Below, piece after piece: positions 27,951-38,413 of a stretch of 54,525 nt of DNA. A program made the position numbers and the translations under genes. Origin of the DNA: Candidatus Methanophagaceae archaeon GoMg2 (GTDB lineage Archaea; Halobacteriota; Syntropharchaeia; Alkanophagales; Methanospirareceae); the NCBI GenBank assembly GCA_013180585.1, contig QBUM01000251.1:1-54525 (forward strand), read 5' to 3'. The notes under the pieces were generated by a model, which worked only from the letters and a program-made list of their open reading frames with translations, was not told where the DNA came from and made no database searches. The number at the start of each line of letters is the position of its first letter. Within the stretch, counting starts at the first letter, position 1.

Positions 27951-28415
27951 ATGGATCTAAGAGAAGGGAAGGAAAAAACGGAAGGAAATAGAATACCATG
28001 GGACGAATACTGGATGAACATTGTAAGTGACGTGGCATTGCGTTCAACATGCTTGAGAAGGCAGATAGGAGCTTTGGTGGTTAAAAATAACGTCATAGTA
28101 TCTACGGGTTATAACGGTGCACCGCGAGGTTTTACACATTGTCTCGAGACTGGATGTCGGCGTGACAAATTGAATATCCCATCAGGCGAGCGGCATGAGG
28201 AGTGTGTTGGAGTCCATGCAGAGCAAAATGCGCTTTTACAGGCGGGCCGGGACGCAGGCGGTGCTACACTCTACGTAAATGCTTTTCCGTGCAAGATATG
28301 TGCTAAGCTAATAATAAATGCAGGTGTAAAGCGAGTGATGATGACAGGTGAATACAGCGATACGGAAGGATTGGAATATTTAAGGCGGGCGGGTATAGAG
28401 TGCGTTCATCTTTGA
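27951..28415 (+). CDS. dCMP deaminase (ComEB family)
   Basis: 154 aa. HAEQNAL and PCKICAKLIINAGV zinc-ligand motifs are present. Confidence 0.85.
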   Translation: MDLREGKEKTEGNRIPWDEYWMNIVSDVALRSTCLRRQIGALVVKNNVIVSTGYNGAPRGFTHCLETGCRRDKLNIPSGERHEECVGVHAEQNALLQAGRDAGGATLYVNAFPCKICAKLIINAGVKRVMMTGEYSDTEGLEYLRRAGIECVHL

Positions 28416-28460
28416 GTTTCGTTTTTATTTAAATATTTTGGGTCCCTATATACGTTTACT

Positions 28461-29570
28461 ATGTCTGGCAACTCTTTTGGAAAGCTATTCGGGATGACCA
28501 CCTGGGGCGAGTCGCATGGCGCCGCGATAGGAGTCGTTGTAGATGGCTGTCCTGCAGGGCTTGAACTCTCAGTAATGGACATACAGCACGAACTGGACCG
28601 GAGGAAGCCGGGCGTTAGTGAAATAACGACAGAGCGGAAGGAAGCGGATGAAGTTAAGATATTGTCAGGCGTGTTCGAAGGGAAAACACTTGGCACTCCT
28701 ATTTCTATGCTCGTCTGGAATAAAGATGTGGAGTCAAGTCCTTATGAGCCCCTAAAAAACATTGCAAGACCCGGTCAGGCTGATCTCTCTTATCAGATGA
28801 AGTATGGGATAAGGGACTATCGTGGAGGCGGAAGAGCATCAGGACGAGAGACCGTTGCGAGAGTAGCCGCGGGTGCCATAGCAAAGAAAATCTTAGCGGC
28901 GCGAGATATACAAATTATCGGGCATGTGGTGGAAGTAGGCGGCATAAGAGCGAGAGAAGTAGGATTTGAAGAAATAAAGAAGAATGCGGAGCGAAATGCA
29001 GTACGGTGTGCAGACTCAGAAGCTGCGAGTCGAATGGAGCAGTTAATAAAAGAAGTGAAGGCAGAAGGAGATAGTGTAGGCGGCCTCGTGGAAATAATTG
29101 CAACGGGGGTTCCGGCTGGTTTGGGCGAACCGGTATTCGATAAACTGGATGCCGAACTTGCGAAGGCATTGATGAGCCTCGGTGCCGTGAAGGGCGTTGA
29201 AATCGGTGCGGGGTTTAAAGCTGCGGGTATGAAAGGAAGTGAGATGAACGATGAATTCTATATGTATGAAGGTAGGATAAAAACGAGAACGAACAACGCA
29301 GGTGGTATTTTAGGTGGCATCTCGACGGGTGAGCCCGTGATATGCAGAATAGCAGTGAAGCCTACTTCTTCTGTTGCAAAGCCACAGAGAAGTGTGGATA
29401 TGGAGAAGATGGAAGAGGTGGAAATAGAGATAACGGGCAGGCATGACCCCTGTATATGCCCCCGGATAGTTCCGGTTACGGAAGCGATGGTTGCTTTAGT
29501 ATTAGTGGATTGTTTGATGATAACCCTTACCAGCAGAAATCAAGATAAATACTTGCTCACTGCCTTATAA
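28461..29570 (+). CDS. aroC: Chorismate synthase
   Basis: 369 aa. TWGESHG, RPGQADL and GRHDPC motifs are present. Confidence 0.92.
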   Translation: MSGNSFGKLFGMTTWGESHGAAIGVVVDGCPAGLELSVMDIQHELDRRKPGVSEITTERKEADEVKILSGVFEGKTLGTPISMLVWNKDVESSPYEPLKNIARPGQADLSYQMKYGIRDYRGGGRASGRETVARVAAGAIAKKILAARDIQIIGHVVEVGGIRAREVGFEEIKKNAERNAVRCADSEAASRMEQLIKEVKAEGDSVGGLVEIIATGVPAGLGEPVFDKLDAELAKALMSLGAVKGVEIGAGFKAAGMKGSEMNDEFYMYEGRIKTRTNNAGGILGGISTGEPVICRIAVKPTSSVAKPQRSVDMEKMEEVEIEITGRHDPCICPRIVPVTEAMVALVLVDCLMITLTSRNQDKYLLTAL

Positions 29571-30640
29571 TCAAATTCCTCTGCATCGAGCACATTACGT
29601 ATAAAGTTGAACAATTTCTTTCGTGTACGCAGCGAAATAGTGGGATACCATACAGGAGAAGCAACCACAAGCCCTCGAAACGCATAAAACGGTTGTATCA
29701 CCTTCAACAACTCGTAATCGCCGGTCTTTTCAAGATACACGTCGAAAAACAGCTCATACAGTCGCTTAAAATCAGCGTCAATCTCTGCACCATCGGTTTT
29801 GAGCAGCCCGAAGAAGAGATAATTTATGGTCATTGCGGTAACATCGTCCGCAGCTTCGCCCCATTCACCACGACTGCGGTCAAGCACCGTAAAATCCGTT
29901 CCTTTACGGAACATAATATTCCAGGGATGGAAATCGCCATGAACCATACACAACCGTTTCGTTCGCTCTTTCAATCGCCATCGCCAGTCTATGCACTTCT
30001 TCTCTATTTCCGCCAGCTCTTCGCCGGTTATGAACTCATTTTGAGATGGATAACTGTCCGTAAGCCCGAATATGCACTCGCTATGCCCCACTAACTCACG
30101 TATCCTCCGTACATAAAGCTGTGCATCATCATTCTTAACTGCGTGTATATCAGCCAAATAAGAAGCCAAGGCAGATACTCTCGCTTCATCCTCTTTCCTT
30201 AACGCACCTCCGTCTTTTAACCTGTTCAGGTCATTAACGTACTCCTTGCCTTCCACTTTATCGCATACAATGAAATATTCCGCAGCATCACTTGCGGATT
30301 CCATCTGTCCGTCTTTCGTAAAATAGCCGACATCAACACTCTTTACGTGTTTCGGCAGCGTATTGAACGCATGATACTGCCATATCAATATCTGTGCACG
30401 GTCAGAGAGATGGTCATGCCCGAATCCATCCCCCCGCATCGAAGAGATGACAACCTCTTTTTGTTCACCTTCTCTGGTCTCAAACACCACGAGGTAGGGT
30501 TTGCCATAGCCAAACCCCTTTATTTCTTGCTCTTTTTCCTGCTCTGACGCCAGCCCCAACTCCTTTACGTTCCGTATTTTTAGCGGACTGCCAAACTTAT
30601 TTGCTAAGTAGTTTCGTATTTCTTCTTCCATGAACTCCAC
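29540..30640 (-). CDS. Aminoglycoside-phosphotransferase-fold (APH/protein-kinase-like) protein
   Basis: 366 aa. [13 protein letters not shown] is the catalytic loop and [15 protein letters not shown] is DFG-like. The 3' end overlaps the aroC 3' end by 31 bp. Confidence 0.7.
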   Translation of the reverse strand: MEFMEEEIRNYLANKFGSPLKIRNVKELGLASEQEKEQEIKGFGYGKPYLVVFETREGEQKEVVISSMRGDGFGHDHLSDRAQILIWQYHAFNTLPKHVKSVDVGYFTKDGQMESASDAAEYFIVCDKVEGKEYVNDLNRLKDGGALRKEDEARVSALASYLADIHAVKNDDAQLYVRRIRELVGHSECIFGLTDSYPSQNEFITGEELAEIEKKCIDWRWRLKERTKRLCMVHGDFHPWNIMFRKGTDFTVLDRSRGEWGEAADDVTAMTINYLFFGLLKTDGAEIDADFKRLYELFFDVYLEKTGDYELLKVIQPFYAFRGLVVASPVWYPTISLRTRKKLFNFIRNVLDAEEFDYKAVSKYLS

Positions 30641-30687
30641 CTATAAGGTATATATTTTAGTTGCCTTTGTTTATATTGGTAATTACA

Positions 30688-31725
30688 ATGATAGGGATAG
30701 TCTCGTATGGCGTGTATGTACCGGTGTATCGAATAAAAGTGGAAGAGATAGCAAAACAGTGGGGCGAGAATGGTGCGAGTATAAAAGCGGGCCTGATGGT
30801 GGCAGAGAAATCAGTGCCCGATCTGGACGAAGATACAGCGACAATGGCTGTAGAAGCCGCACGAGCTGCTATTCTTCGTGCAAACCTCGACCCGCAAGAT
30901 ATAGGTGCCATATACGTGGGAGCGGAAAGTCACCCTTACGCCGTAAAGCCTACCGCGACCATCGTAGCTGCAGCGATAGACGCATCGAATTCGATCACTG
31001 CTGCGGACTTTGAGTTCGCATGCAAAGCCGGAACTGCAACAATACAATCTTGTATGGGTCTTGTCGCGCTGAATAAAATAAAGTATGGACTCGCAATAGG
31101 TGCTGACGCTTCGCAGGCAAGCCCGGGAGACGCATTAGAGTACACCGCTGCCGCGGGTAGTGCTGCGTTTGTCATCGGGCAAGACCGGGTAGTCGCCGAG
31201 ATAGAGGATTTTGCGTCCTTTACTACGGATACACCCGACTTCTGGCGAAGAGACCTGCAAAAGTACCCATCACACAGTGGGCGCTTCACTGGCGAACCTG
31301 CTTATTTCCGACATACGATATCAGCTACTAAAGCATTGCTGGAAAAAACAGGGCTCCAACCTGCCGACTTTGACTTTGCCGTATTTCACCAACCTAACGG
31401 AAAGTTCCCACTAAAAGCAGCAAAAAGTCTTGGATTTACATCAGCGCAAGTAAAACCCGGCCTGATGGTAACTAACTTTGGTAACACGTACTCGGCTGCT
31501 TCGATGATAGGGCTCGCAGCCGTTCTTGATAAGGCATCACCCTCGCAGCGGATTTTGCTGACCTCCTTCGGCTCCGGTGCGGGTTCTGACTCATTTGCTT
31601 TCCGTGTTACAGACCTTATCGGAGAGGTGCAAGAGAAAGCGAGGAAGGTAGAGCACTTTCTTAGTTCAAAGAAGTATCTGGATTACGCGGCGTATGCGAA
31701 ACATCAAGGAAAAATAAGGATGTAA
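30688..31725 (+). CDS. Hydroxymethylglutaryl-CoA synthase (archaeal)
   Basis: [16 protein letters not shown].., the catalytic EFACKAGT segment, and FHQPNGKFP are present. The start is set at the ATG at 30688. The track ORF begins at a TTG at 30661. Confidence 0.88.
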   Translation: MIGIVSYGVYVPVYRIKVEEIAKQWGENGASIKAGLMVAEKSVPDLDEDTATMAVEAARAAILRANLDPQDIGAIYVGAESHPYAVKPTATIVAAAIDASNSITAADFEFACKAGTATIQSCMGLVALNKIKYGLAIGADASQASPGDALEYTAAAGSAAFVIGQDRVVAEIEDFASFTTDTPDFWRRDLQKYPSHSGRFTGEPAYFRHTISATKALLEKTGLQPADFDFAVFHQPNGKFPLKAAKSLGFTSAQVKPGLMVTNFGNTYSAASMIGLAAVLDKASPSQRILLTSFGSGAGSDSFAFRVTDLIGEVQEKARKVEHFLSSKKYLDYAAYAKHQGKIRM

Positions 31726-31726
31726 T

Positions 31727-32890
31727 ATGAGAGAAGTAGCGATAATAGGTGTGGGAACCACAAAATTTGGTGAACTCTGGGATAGGTCTTTCCGGGACAT
31801 AGCGGTAGAAGCGGGGTTAAAAGCGATAGAAGATGCAGGGATAAGCGGAGAGGAGATAGATGCGTTATATGGCGGGAACATGTCAGCCGGCAGATTTGTG
31901 GAGCAGGAGCATATCGGTGCGTTAATATTAGATCGTGCCGGATTATCTGGATTACATATTGCCTCGACACGAGTGGAAGCCGCTTGTGCCTCAGGCGCGC
32001 TCGCATTGCATTTAGCGGTTCTTTCTGTGGCTTCCGGGTGGTACGACCTCGTGATAGCGGCAGGCGTGGAGAAGATGACCGATGTAGATGATGATATAGC
32101 CAGCGATTTGCTCGTTTCCGGCGTAGATCGGGAGTGGGAAGCGTTTTGTGGCGCAACGCTCCCGTCCTTGTTTGCTCAGATGGCGCGGGCACACATGCAA
32201 CAATATCATACTACGGGCGAGCAAATGGCAAAGGTAGCGGTAAAGAACCATTTGAATGCCACTCAGAACCCCCTTGCACAATACCGGCGGGAGATCTCAA
32301 CAGATGCCGTACTTGGCTCTCCTATGGTCGCCGACCCGCTTCACATGCTGGATTGCTCTGGCATAGCAGATGGGGCGTCTGCGGTTGTTGTATGCGCCGC
32401 CGAGGATGCGAAGAAACATACTGATTCGCCTATTTACGTTAAAGCGTCCGCACAGGCAAGCGATACCCTCTCGCTTCATGACCGGAGGGACATAACAACG
32501 ATGGATGCAACGGTGTTTGCAGCAAAGAAGGCGTATCAAAAGGCGTCCCTTGAGCCGTCGCAGATAGACGTCGCGGAAGTGCATGATTCATACACGATTG
32601 CGGAACTAATAGCAATAGAAGATTTAGGCTTTTTTGAAAAGGGTAGTGGAGGCACTGCCACGGGTGAAGGAGAGACAGAAATAGGTGGTAAAATACCTAT
32701 AAACCCATCTGGCGGACTAAAAGCATGTGGGCACCCGCTCGGTGCAACAGGTGTACGGCAGGTGACCGAGATAGTGCAGCAGCTCAGAGGAGAAGCCGGA
32801 AAAAGGCAGATACCCAACGTTGAAGTTGGACTGACACATAACATAGGTGGGACGGGAGGCACAGCTATCGTCCATATATTCTCCAACTGA
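31727..32890 (+). CDS. Acetyl-CoA C-acetyltransferase (archaeal thiolase)
   Basis: 387 aa. VEAACASG (catalytic Cys), GHPLGATG and NIGGTGGT motifs are present. It starts 1 nt after the HMGCS stop. Confidence 0.88.
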   Translation: MREVAIIGVGTTKFGELWDRSFRDIAVEAGLKAIEDAGISGEEIDALYGGNMSAGRFVEQEHIGALILDRAGLSGLHIASTRVEAACASGALALHLAVLSVASGWYDLVIAAGVEKMTDVDDDIASDLLVSGVDREWEAFCGATLPSLFAQMARAHMQQYHTTGEQMAKVAVKNHLNATQNPLAQYRREISTDAVLGSPMVADPLHMLDCSGIADGASAVVVCAAEDAKKHTDSPIYVKASAQASDTLSLHDRRDITTMDATVFAAKKAYQKASLEPSQIDVAEVHDSYTIAELIAIEDLGFFEKGSGGTATGEGETEIGGKIPINPSGGLKACGHPLGATGVRQVTEIVQQLRGEAGKRQIPNVEVGLTHNIGGTGGTAIVHIFSN

Positions 32891-33027
32891 TAGAGCCATA
32901 AAAGCATCATTTTTGGGATATAAAACTCGGATATTAGAGGAAATACCCAAAGGAAGATTGCTATCCTACGTGAAAAACTCGCTATTATTAAGTATGCAAA
33001 AACATTTTTACATCGAGGTATTTTTTA

Positions 33028-34257
33028 GTGACAGAGATGGATAACCTATTCGATGACCTGATATATGAGGGGCGGATATTTGCAAACAAAGAGGTACTTC
33101 GCCACGCATATATTCCCGAAAAACTGCCGCATCGGGAGAGGCAGATAAAGAGTTTAGCCGACATTTTGTCTGCGGCGCTAAAGGGAGAGACCCCGTCCAA
33201 TGTAGTAATCTATGGTAAGACAGGGACGGGAAAGACAGCTACGGTGAAATATGTAAGTAAAGAATTAGAAAGGATGGGGCGGAAGATGGGCAGTAAATGC
33301 TTCATGATATATATCAACAACGAGGTGTTTGATACGCAATATCGTGTTTTCGCCTATCTCGCACGGATATTCAATAAGAAGGTCCCGTTAATAGGTTGGC
33401 CAACAGATATGGTATATTCAGAGTTTAAGGCGGGGATAGATACGGATGATAGATGCGTAATCGTGATATTAGATGAGGTGGACAGGTTAGCAACCAGAGG
33501 TGACGGTGCGTTGTATAACCTCTCAAGGATAAACAGCGAGCTAAATAATGCACGGGTAAGCATGATAGGCATTTCAAATGACCTGACATTCACGGAGCTA
33601 TTGGACCCGAGGGTGAGGTCATCCTTGAGCGAGGAGGAGATAATATTTCCGCCTTACGATGCCGCTCAGTTGCAGGATATTTTGGGTGAGAGAGCGCGGA
33701 TGGCTTTCAATTATTCTGCGCTTAATGATGCGGTAATACCACTATGCGCCGCTTTCGCCGCTCAGGAGCATGGCGATGCGCGGCGTGCTCTTGACCTGCT
33801 GAGAGTATCAGGTGAAATTGCCGAGCGCTCGGAGTCCAAAACGGTAACAGAGGAGCACGTGAGGCAAGCAAGTGAAAGGATAGAAGCAAACAGCATTGTG
33901 GAAGTGATAAAGACGCTACCGCCACAATCAAAAATAGTGCTAAGCAGTGTGCTTTTATTACGCAGGGAAAGGAACAAGAGACGATTCTCCAGCGGTGAAG
34001 TCTATAACATGTATCGAAGGTCATGTAACCATTTGGACATGGAACCGTTAACACAACGCCGCGTTAGTGATTTAGTTGCAGAATTGGACATCTTAGGGCT
34101 GGTAAGCGCCGTGATAGTGAGTAAGGGTAGATACGGGCGTACAAAAGAGATATCGCTAAGTGTACCGGAAGGTTATGTGCAACCAGTCTTGTTTGAAGAT
34201 TATAAGCTTAAAGCATTAGTGAGTAATATAAAAGTAAAAGCGCAGATGACGCTGTAA
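33028..34257 (+). CDS. cdc6: Orc1/Cdc6 replication initiator
   Basis: 409 aa. It has Walker A IYGKTGTGKT, Walker B VILDEVD, sensor GISND and a C-terminal winged helix. An alternative ATG lies at 33037. Confidence 0.9.
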   Translation: MTEMDNLFDDLIYEGRIFANKEVLRHAYIPEKLPHRERQIKSLADILSAALKGETPSNVVIYGKTGTGKTATVKYVSKELERMGRKMGSKCFMIYINNEVFDTQYRVFAYLARIFNKKVPLIGWPTDMVYSEFKAGIDTDDRCVIVILDEVDRLATRGDGALYNLSRINSELNNARVSMIGISNDLTFTELLDPRVRSSLSEEEIIFPPYDAAQLQDILGERARMAFNYSALNDAVIPLCAAFAAQEHGDARRALDLLRVSGEIAERSESKTVTEEHVRQASERIEANSIVEVIKTLPPQSKIVLSSVLLLRRERNKRRFSSGEVYNMYRRSCNHLDMEPLTQRRVSDLVAELDILGLVSAVIVSKGRYGRTKEISLSVPEGYVQPVLFEDYKLKALVSNIKVKAQMTL

Positions 34258-34268
34258 AGGGATGAAAG

Positions 34269-34649
34269 ATGACCAAGGAAGAGAAAAAAGGATATGTCAA
34301 GTTTGAAGTGCCAGAGGAATTGCAAAGCAAGTCGTTAGAGGCATTGGATTTGGCGAGAACTACGGGCAGCATAAAGAAGGGTACAAACGAGACTACAAAG
34401 GTTATAGAACGAGGGATGGCAAAGCTGGTGCTTATTGGCGAGGATGTTACTCCTGTGGAGATAGTGATGCATATACCTCCACTGTGTGAAGAGAAAGGCA
34501 TTCCTTACGTGTATGTGAAGAGCCAGAAGGATTTAGGGGCTGCGTGTGGTATAAAGAAGGGCTGCGGCTCTGCTGCTATCGTAGATACCGGCAAAGCAGA
34601 AGAAGCGATTGGTACGATTACAGGGGAATTGGATAAGATAAAAGCGTAG
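34269..34649 (+). CDS. rpl7ae: 50S ribosomal protein L7Ae
   Basis: 126 aa. [34 protein letters not shown] is the L7Ae signature. Confidence 0.93.
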   Translation: MTKEEKKGYVKFEVPEELQSKSLEALDLARTTGSIKKGTNETTKVIERGMAKLVLIGEDVTPVEIVMHIPPLCEEKGIPYVYVKSQKDLGAACGIKKGCGSAAIVDTGKAEEAIGTITGELDKIKA

Positions 34650-34672
34650 GTAATATAAGGAGAAAGGAAAGC

Positions 34673-34885
34673 ATGTACGATGACAGGGGGACACCATCAG
34701 AGGTGATAGAAGTCGTAGGAAGGACAGGGATGCACGGCGAATCAACGCAGATAAAGTGCAGAGTACTGGACGGCGAGAATAAAGGCCGAATCATAACAAG
34801 GAATTGTAGAGGTCCGGTAAAGACAGGCGATGTTATTGTGCTGTTAGAGACAGATAGGGAAGTGCGGAAATTATTGAGAAGATGA
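34673..34885 (+). CDS. rps28e: 30S ribosomal protein S28e
   Basis: 70 aa. [32 protein letters not shown] are S28e motifs. Confidence 0.92.
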   Translation: MYDDRGTPSEVIEVVGRTGMHGESTQIKCRVLDGENKGRIITRNCRGPVKTGDVIVLLETDREVRKLLRR

Positions 34886-34910
34886 TTTTATAGCAAGGCG
34901 AGGAAAGAAG

Positions 34911-35096
34911 ATGGAGAAGAGATGCTCTTTTTGTGATTTACCCATAGAACCGGGAACCGGAATGATGTTCGTGAAACGCGACGGAACTGTTTTGTATTTC
35001 TGCAGTACCAAGTGTGAGCGAAACATGGTGAAGCTAAGGCGGAAAAGGAGAAAGGTAAAATGGGCGGCGGAAGCAAAGATTACCCGTGAATCTTAG
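34911..35096 (+). CDS. rpl24e: 50S ribosomal protein L24e
   Basis: 61 aa. CSFCD..IEPGTG.MFV..DG....FCS.KC zinc ribbon. Confidence 0.92.
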   Translation: MEKRCSFCDLPIEPGTGMMFVKRDGTVLYFCSTKCERNMVKLRRKRRKVKWAAEAKITRES

Positions 35097-35133
35097 CTTC
35101 CCCACTCAAATGTAGTTGTTTATTAAAAGGGAA

Positions 35134-35285
35134 GTATTTGTATAGCGAATTTTTAAAACCACGAGATTAACACAAGAAAATGGGATTAATGTGGGGTAAT
35201 GTGGCCTATGGTATACTAAAATCTGGTTACTGTCCTTCTATTCTCGTGAAAATCTGTGAAATCTTGTGGTTAGCTAAACAATTAC
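35134..35285 (+). mobile_element. MITE-like repeat family 1 (R7, reference copy), flanked by an 8 bp duplication aaagggaa
   Basis: aaagggaa at 35126-35133 and at 35286-35293 abuts both termini. The termini gtatttgtatagcgaatttttaaaaccacgagattaacacaagaa and ttctcgtgaaaatctgtgaaatcttgtggttagctaaacaattac are imperfect inverted repeats. Confidence 0.92.
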
Positions 35286-35345
35286 AAAGGGAAAGGTAAT
35301 AGACTGTTTCTATTTTGTATGCAACCAGATAGCTCAAATTGCGAT

Positions 35346-36368
35346 TTAAAGCCTTGGATGTCTTTCTCTCATCTTTATTATATCGTATTCATCATATATG
35401 CTACCCACAATTACCTCCAGAAGGTCTTCTAAACTAACTAACCCCTTTGTTCTGCCCTCTTCGTCCACTACAATGGCGATATGAACTCTACCACGCTGGA
35501 ACTCGTCGAGTAGGTCATCTACCCGCTTCGCCTCAGAAACGAAAAAAGGTTTTTTCATTAGCTCTTTTACCGGAAGTGTACCTTCATTCGCTTTGATTAA
35601 CAAATCCTTCGCATATAAAACGCCGACGATGTTATCCTTAGTCCCGTCAAAGACGGGAATTCTTGAGTAGCCACTGCTCTTTATTACGTCCACAGCGGAG
35701 TCACCCGTTTGACCTACTTCCAGACAAACCATCTCATCCTTTGGTCGCATCACACTCTTCACCACGATTTCGTCAAGCTTCAGCACACCCATCATCATCT
35801 CCTTCTCGTCCTCTTCTATCGCCCCCTCCTCTTCGCCTATGTCCAGCATCGTCTCTACTTCCTCTTCTGTCATCACCTGCTTACGATGCAGTTTTATGCC
35901 CAAAATCCGCACAAATGCAGCGGTAATCAGAGAAAACACTTTTATAACAGGTAGAAAAACGGAAGCCATGAGCTTCATGGGTCTGGAAACCAGAATGGAA
36001 ACACCTTCTGCATGATGAACTGCAATCGTCTTGGGCATGATTTCAGCAAACGTGAGGATTAAAAGAGTCATTACCCCGATTGCAATCGCCTCACCGTAAC
36101 CGCCAAAGAACTCTATGGCAATAGATGCTGCTATTACCGATGCTGCGATGTTTACTATATTATTCCCGATAAGCACGGCAGTGAGCACAGCTTCGGGCTC
36201 GCGTGTCATCTCATCAATGATCTCCGCGCCTTTTACACCCCGCTTCACTAACGTTCGCGCTTTTATCTTCCCGATTCCAACCAGAGCGGTCTCAGAGCCC
36301 GAGAAGAACCCGGACAGGAGTAATAACACAAAAAGTAGTATAATTTTTAATGTTAGGAGCGATAACAC
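35346..36368 (-). CDS. CNNM/DUF21 transmembrane domain plus CBS-pair protein (putative divalent-cation efflux, CorB-like)
   Basis: 340 aa. It has an N-terminal 4-TM DUF21 region (FFSGSETAL) followed by two CBS motifs. There is no CorC_HlyC C-terminal domain. Confidence 0.78.
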   Translation of the reverse strand: MLSLLTLKIILLFVLLLLSGFFSGSETALVGIGKIKARTLVKRGVKGAEIIDEMTREPEAVLTAVLIGNNIVNIAASVIAASIAIEFFGGYGEAIAIGVMTLLILTFAEIMPKTIAVHHAEGVSILVSRPMKLMASVFLPVIKVFSLITAAFVRILGIKLHRKQVMTEEEVETMLDIGEEEGAIEEDEKEMMMGVLKLDEIVVKSVMRPKDEMVCLEVGQTGDSAVDVIKSSGYSRIPVFDGTKDNIVGVLYAKDLLIKANEGTLPVKELMKKPFFVSEAKRVDDLLDEFQRGRVHIAIVVDEEGRTKGLVSLEDLLEVIVGSIYDEYDIIKMRERHPRL

Positions 36369-36442
36369 CTTGTTCCTTTTCCTCCTCCAGTTAAATATAT
36401 GTTATACCGCTTTAAAAGGTTATCGCACTTTTTTGGCTATAC

Positions 36443-37336
36443 TTGTTTTATATTTGTAATGGGCGATTTGATTTTAGTATGCTCCGACTAAATATGATGG
36501 TTATACCAGCGGAAACCCTGGATACCCTCACTACCTTTATTAAAATAGCAATTACGATTGTAGCTACAGTCATAATCGCAGTGCTTATAAACCGCGCTTT
36601 GGTCGCTTACTTCAAATTCGCAAGCGGGAAGCTCAAAGTGGATGAAACTACTTATACGGTTGTTAGAAGACTAATAATTCTCACGATTTACATAATAGGC
36701 GGTGTAGTTGTGATTGAACTCATCCCCGGTCTTCCAGGCTTAATGCTCGGCATGGCAGCCGGTGCAGGCATCGCTGCTATCGTTATAGGTTTTGCAGCAC
36801 AGAAAGTACTTTCTAACATATTTGGTGGTATTTCTATTGCTATTTTTCGCCCTTTTCGTGTCGGCGATGTCGTGGAGATGGAAGATGAATATGGAACCGT
36901 AGAAGATATAACACTCCGGCATACCGTGATAAGAACATGGCAGAACAAGAGGCTGATCATTCCTAACACACGTATAAGTGAAGAATCTATAATAAACTGG
37001 ACGATAGAGGACCTTGCGGTGCTATGGGCGGTAGATTTCGGGATTAGTTACGATTCTGATATAGACATTGCCAGATCAATAATCCTTGATGAAATAGACA
37101 AACATCCGGATGTGATGCACGAAGAAGATAAAGAAGTGAATGTGCGGGTTACGGAGCTCGGCGATTTTGCTGTTAAGCTAAGAGCAACTTTTTGGGTCTC
37201 GGACAGGTCCACGGCGTGGAGCACCGGGGCGGAAATACGAGAATCGGTGAAGAAGAGATTTGATAGTGAGGGCGTTGAGATTCCTTTCCCGTATCGAACT
37301 GTGGTGTACAAAAAAGATATGAGGCGAGCGGGTTAA
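36443..37336 (+). CDS. Small-conductance mechanosensitive channel (MscS family)
   Basis: 297 aa. It has three TM helices, then the NIFGGISIAIFRPFRVGDVVE.. beta-domain signature. The first ATG is at 36479. Confidence 0.8.
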   Translation: MFYICNGRFDFSMLRLNMMVIPAETLDTLTTFIKIAITIVATVIIAVLINRALVAYFKFASGKLKVDETTYTVVRRLIILTIYIIGGVVVIELIPGLPGLMLGMAAGAGIAAIVIGFAAQKVLSNIFGGISIAIFRPFRVGDVVEMEDEYGTVEDITLRHTVIRTWQNKRLIIPNTRISEESIINWTIEDLAVLWAVDFGISYDSDIDIARSIILDEIDKHPDVMHEEDKEVNVRVTELGDFAVKLRATFWVSDRSTAWSTGAEIRESVKKRFDSEGVEIPFPYRTVVYKKDMRRAG

Positions 37337-37587
37337 GTCGGCAAAGCTGCGATTGAAAATCCAAATCGAAAGGATAAGAGAATCTTTCGCAACGATTCTC
37401 ATGAAGTCTAACGTCTCTTGTTGTGAAACGGAATCAGCGTGTGAAATGCGAGAGTCCCAGGCGGGGTACCGCCTTCAGACCACTTAAAGGTTTGATTGAA
37501 GACAGCTATTAAGGTGCAAAAAAAAGACGGAGAGTGATCCTGTTAACAAAGAATCGTTCCCCGCCATAACTTTTGCGATTATCTTAT

Positions 37588-38265
37588 TTATTCCTCTTTT
37601 TTTCCCTCTTTCAGTTTCTCTTTCACGTACTCGGCAACGACGTCTTTGAGTCCCCAGCCCAGAGAGATTCCCATAGCGATTGCAATACCTGCTGCAATTC
37701 CCCACGCTAACGGAACGAGGAACGTGTATATTACTGTTGTCTCGATGAGTAGTTGGTCCAATGCAAATACGATCACCACCAGATAAAAGATTACCCTCAA
37801 TACCGATGTTATTATCTCCGAAAATTCAACTTCCCTGGCTGTTAACTGCATTTCTAGCTGATCAAGGAAGAAGTCAGCCACTATCAGACCCACTACTAAT
37901 ACTATGACACCTAAGATCAGATGCGGAATATACAAAACGACCTGCTGCACGAAGCCTGCTAACATCGGGATGTTCAACACGTTTATGGCTGCCATAATGA
38001 AGACGAGGTATATGAACCATCTAATCAGTGCATCAAAGCATCCCACGGTGGTCATGCCCGATTTCTTAATCGTATCACCAATAGCTGTTTTCTCTACTGC
38101 GTCGTCTACACCTATCTTATCGAGCACTTTTGATATGACTTTTCCACCGATACGACCTGCAAACAATCCTATTATCAGGATTATTATCGCAACAATTATC
38201 GCAGGTAGATACCCGACCATTGCTCCAATGGCATCAGCAAAACTTGCCTTTATTGTTTCTATCAT
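37588..38265 (-). CDS. Membrane protein with conserved-TM-helix repeats (PF05552-like)
   Basis: 225 aa with repeated units of the type YLP.IIVAIIILIIG...A..V...V...L..IG.D. Confidence 0.6.
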   Translation of the reverse strand: MIETIKASFADAIGAMVGYLPAIIVAIIILIIGLFAGRIGGKVISKVLDKIGVDDAVEKTAIGDTIKKSGMTTVGCFDALIRWFIYLVFIMAAINVLNIPMLAGFVQQVVLYIPHLILGVIVLVVGLIVADFFLDQLEMQLTAREVEFSEIITSVLRVIFYLVVIVFALDQLLIETTVIYTFLVPLAWGIAAGIAIAMGISLGWGLKDVVAEYVKEKLKEGKKEE

Positions 38266-38413
38266 CTTTTTTTTATCACCTCCTTTTTGTTTATTGCGAC
38301 ACTTATGTCATTGCACACTACCTAACGCTCAGACACAAGAACTATAGCAAGAAGGCATTGTGAGTATATATAGTTTGCGTATGCCCTAATTCAGAACTGA
38401 TTCATAAGAATAT

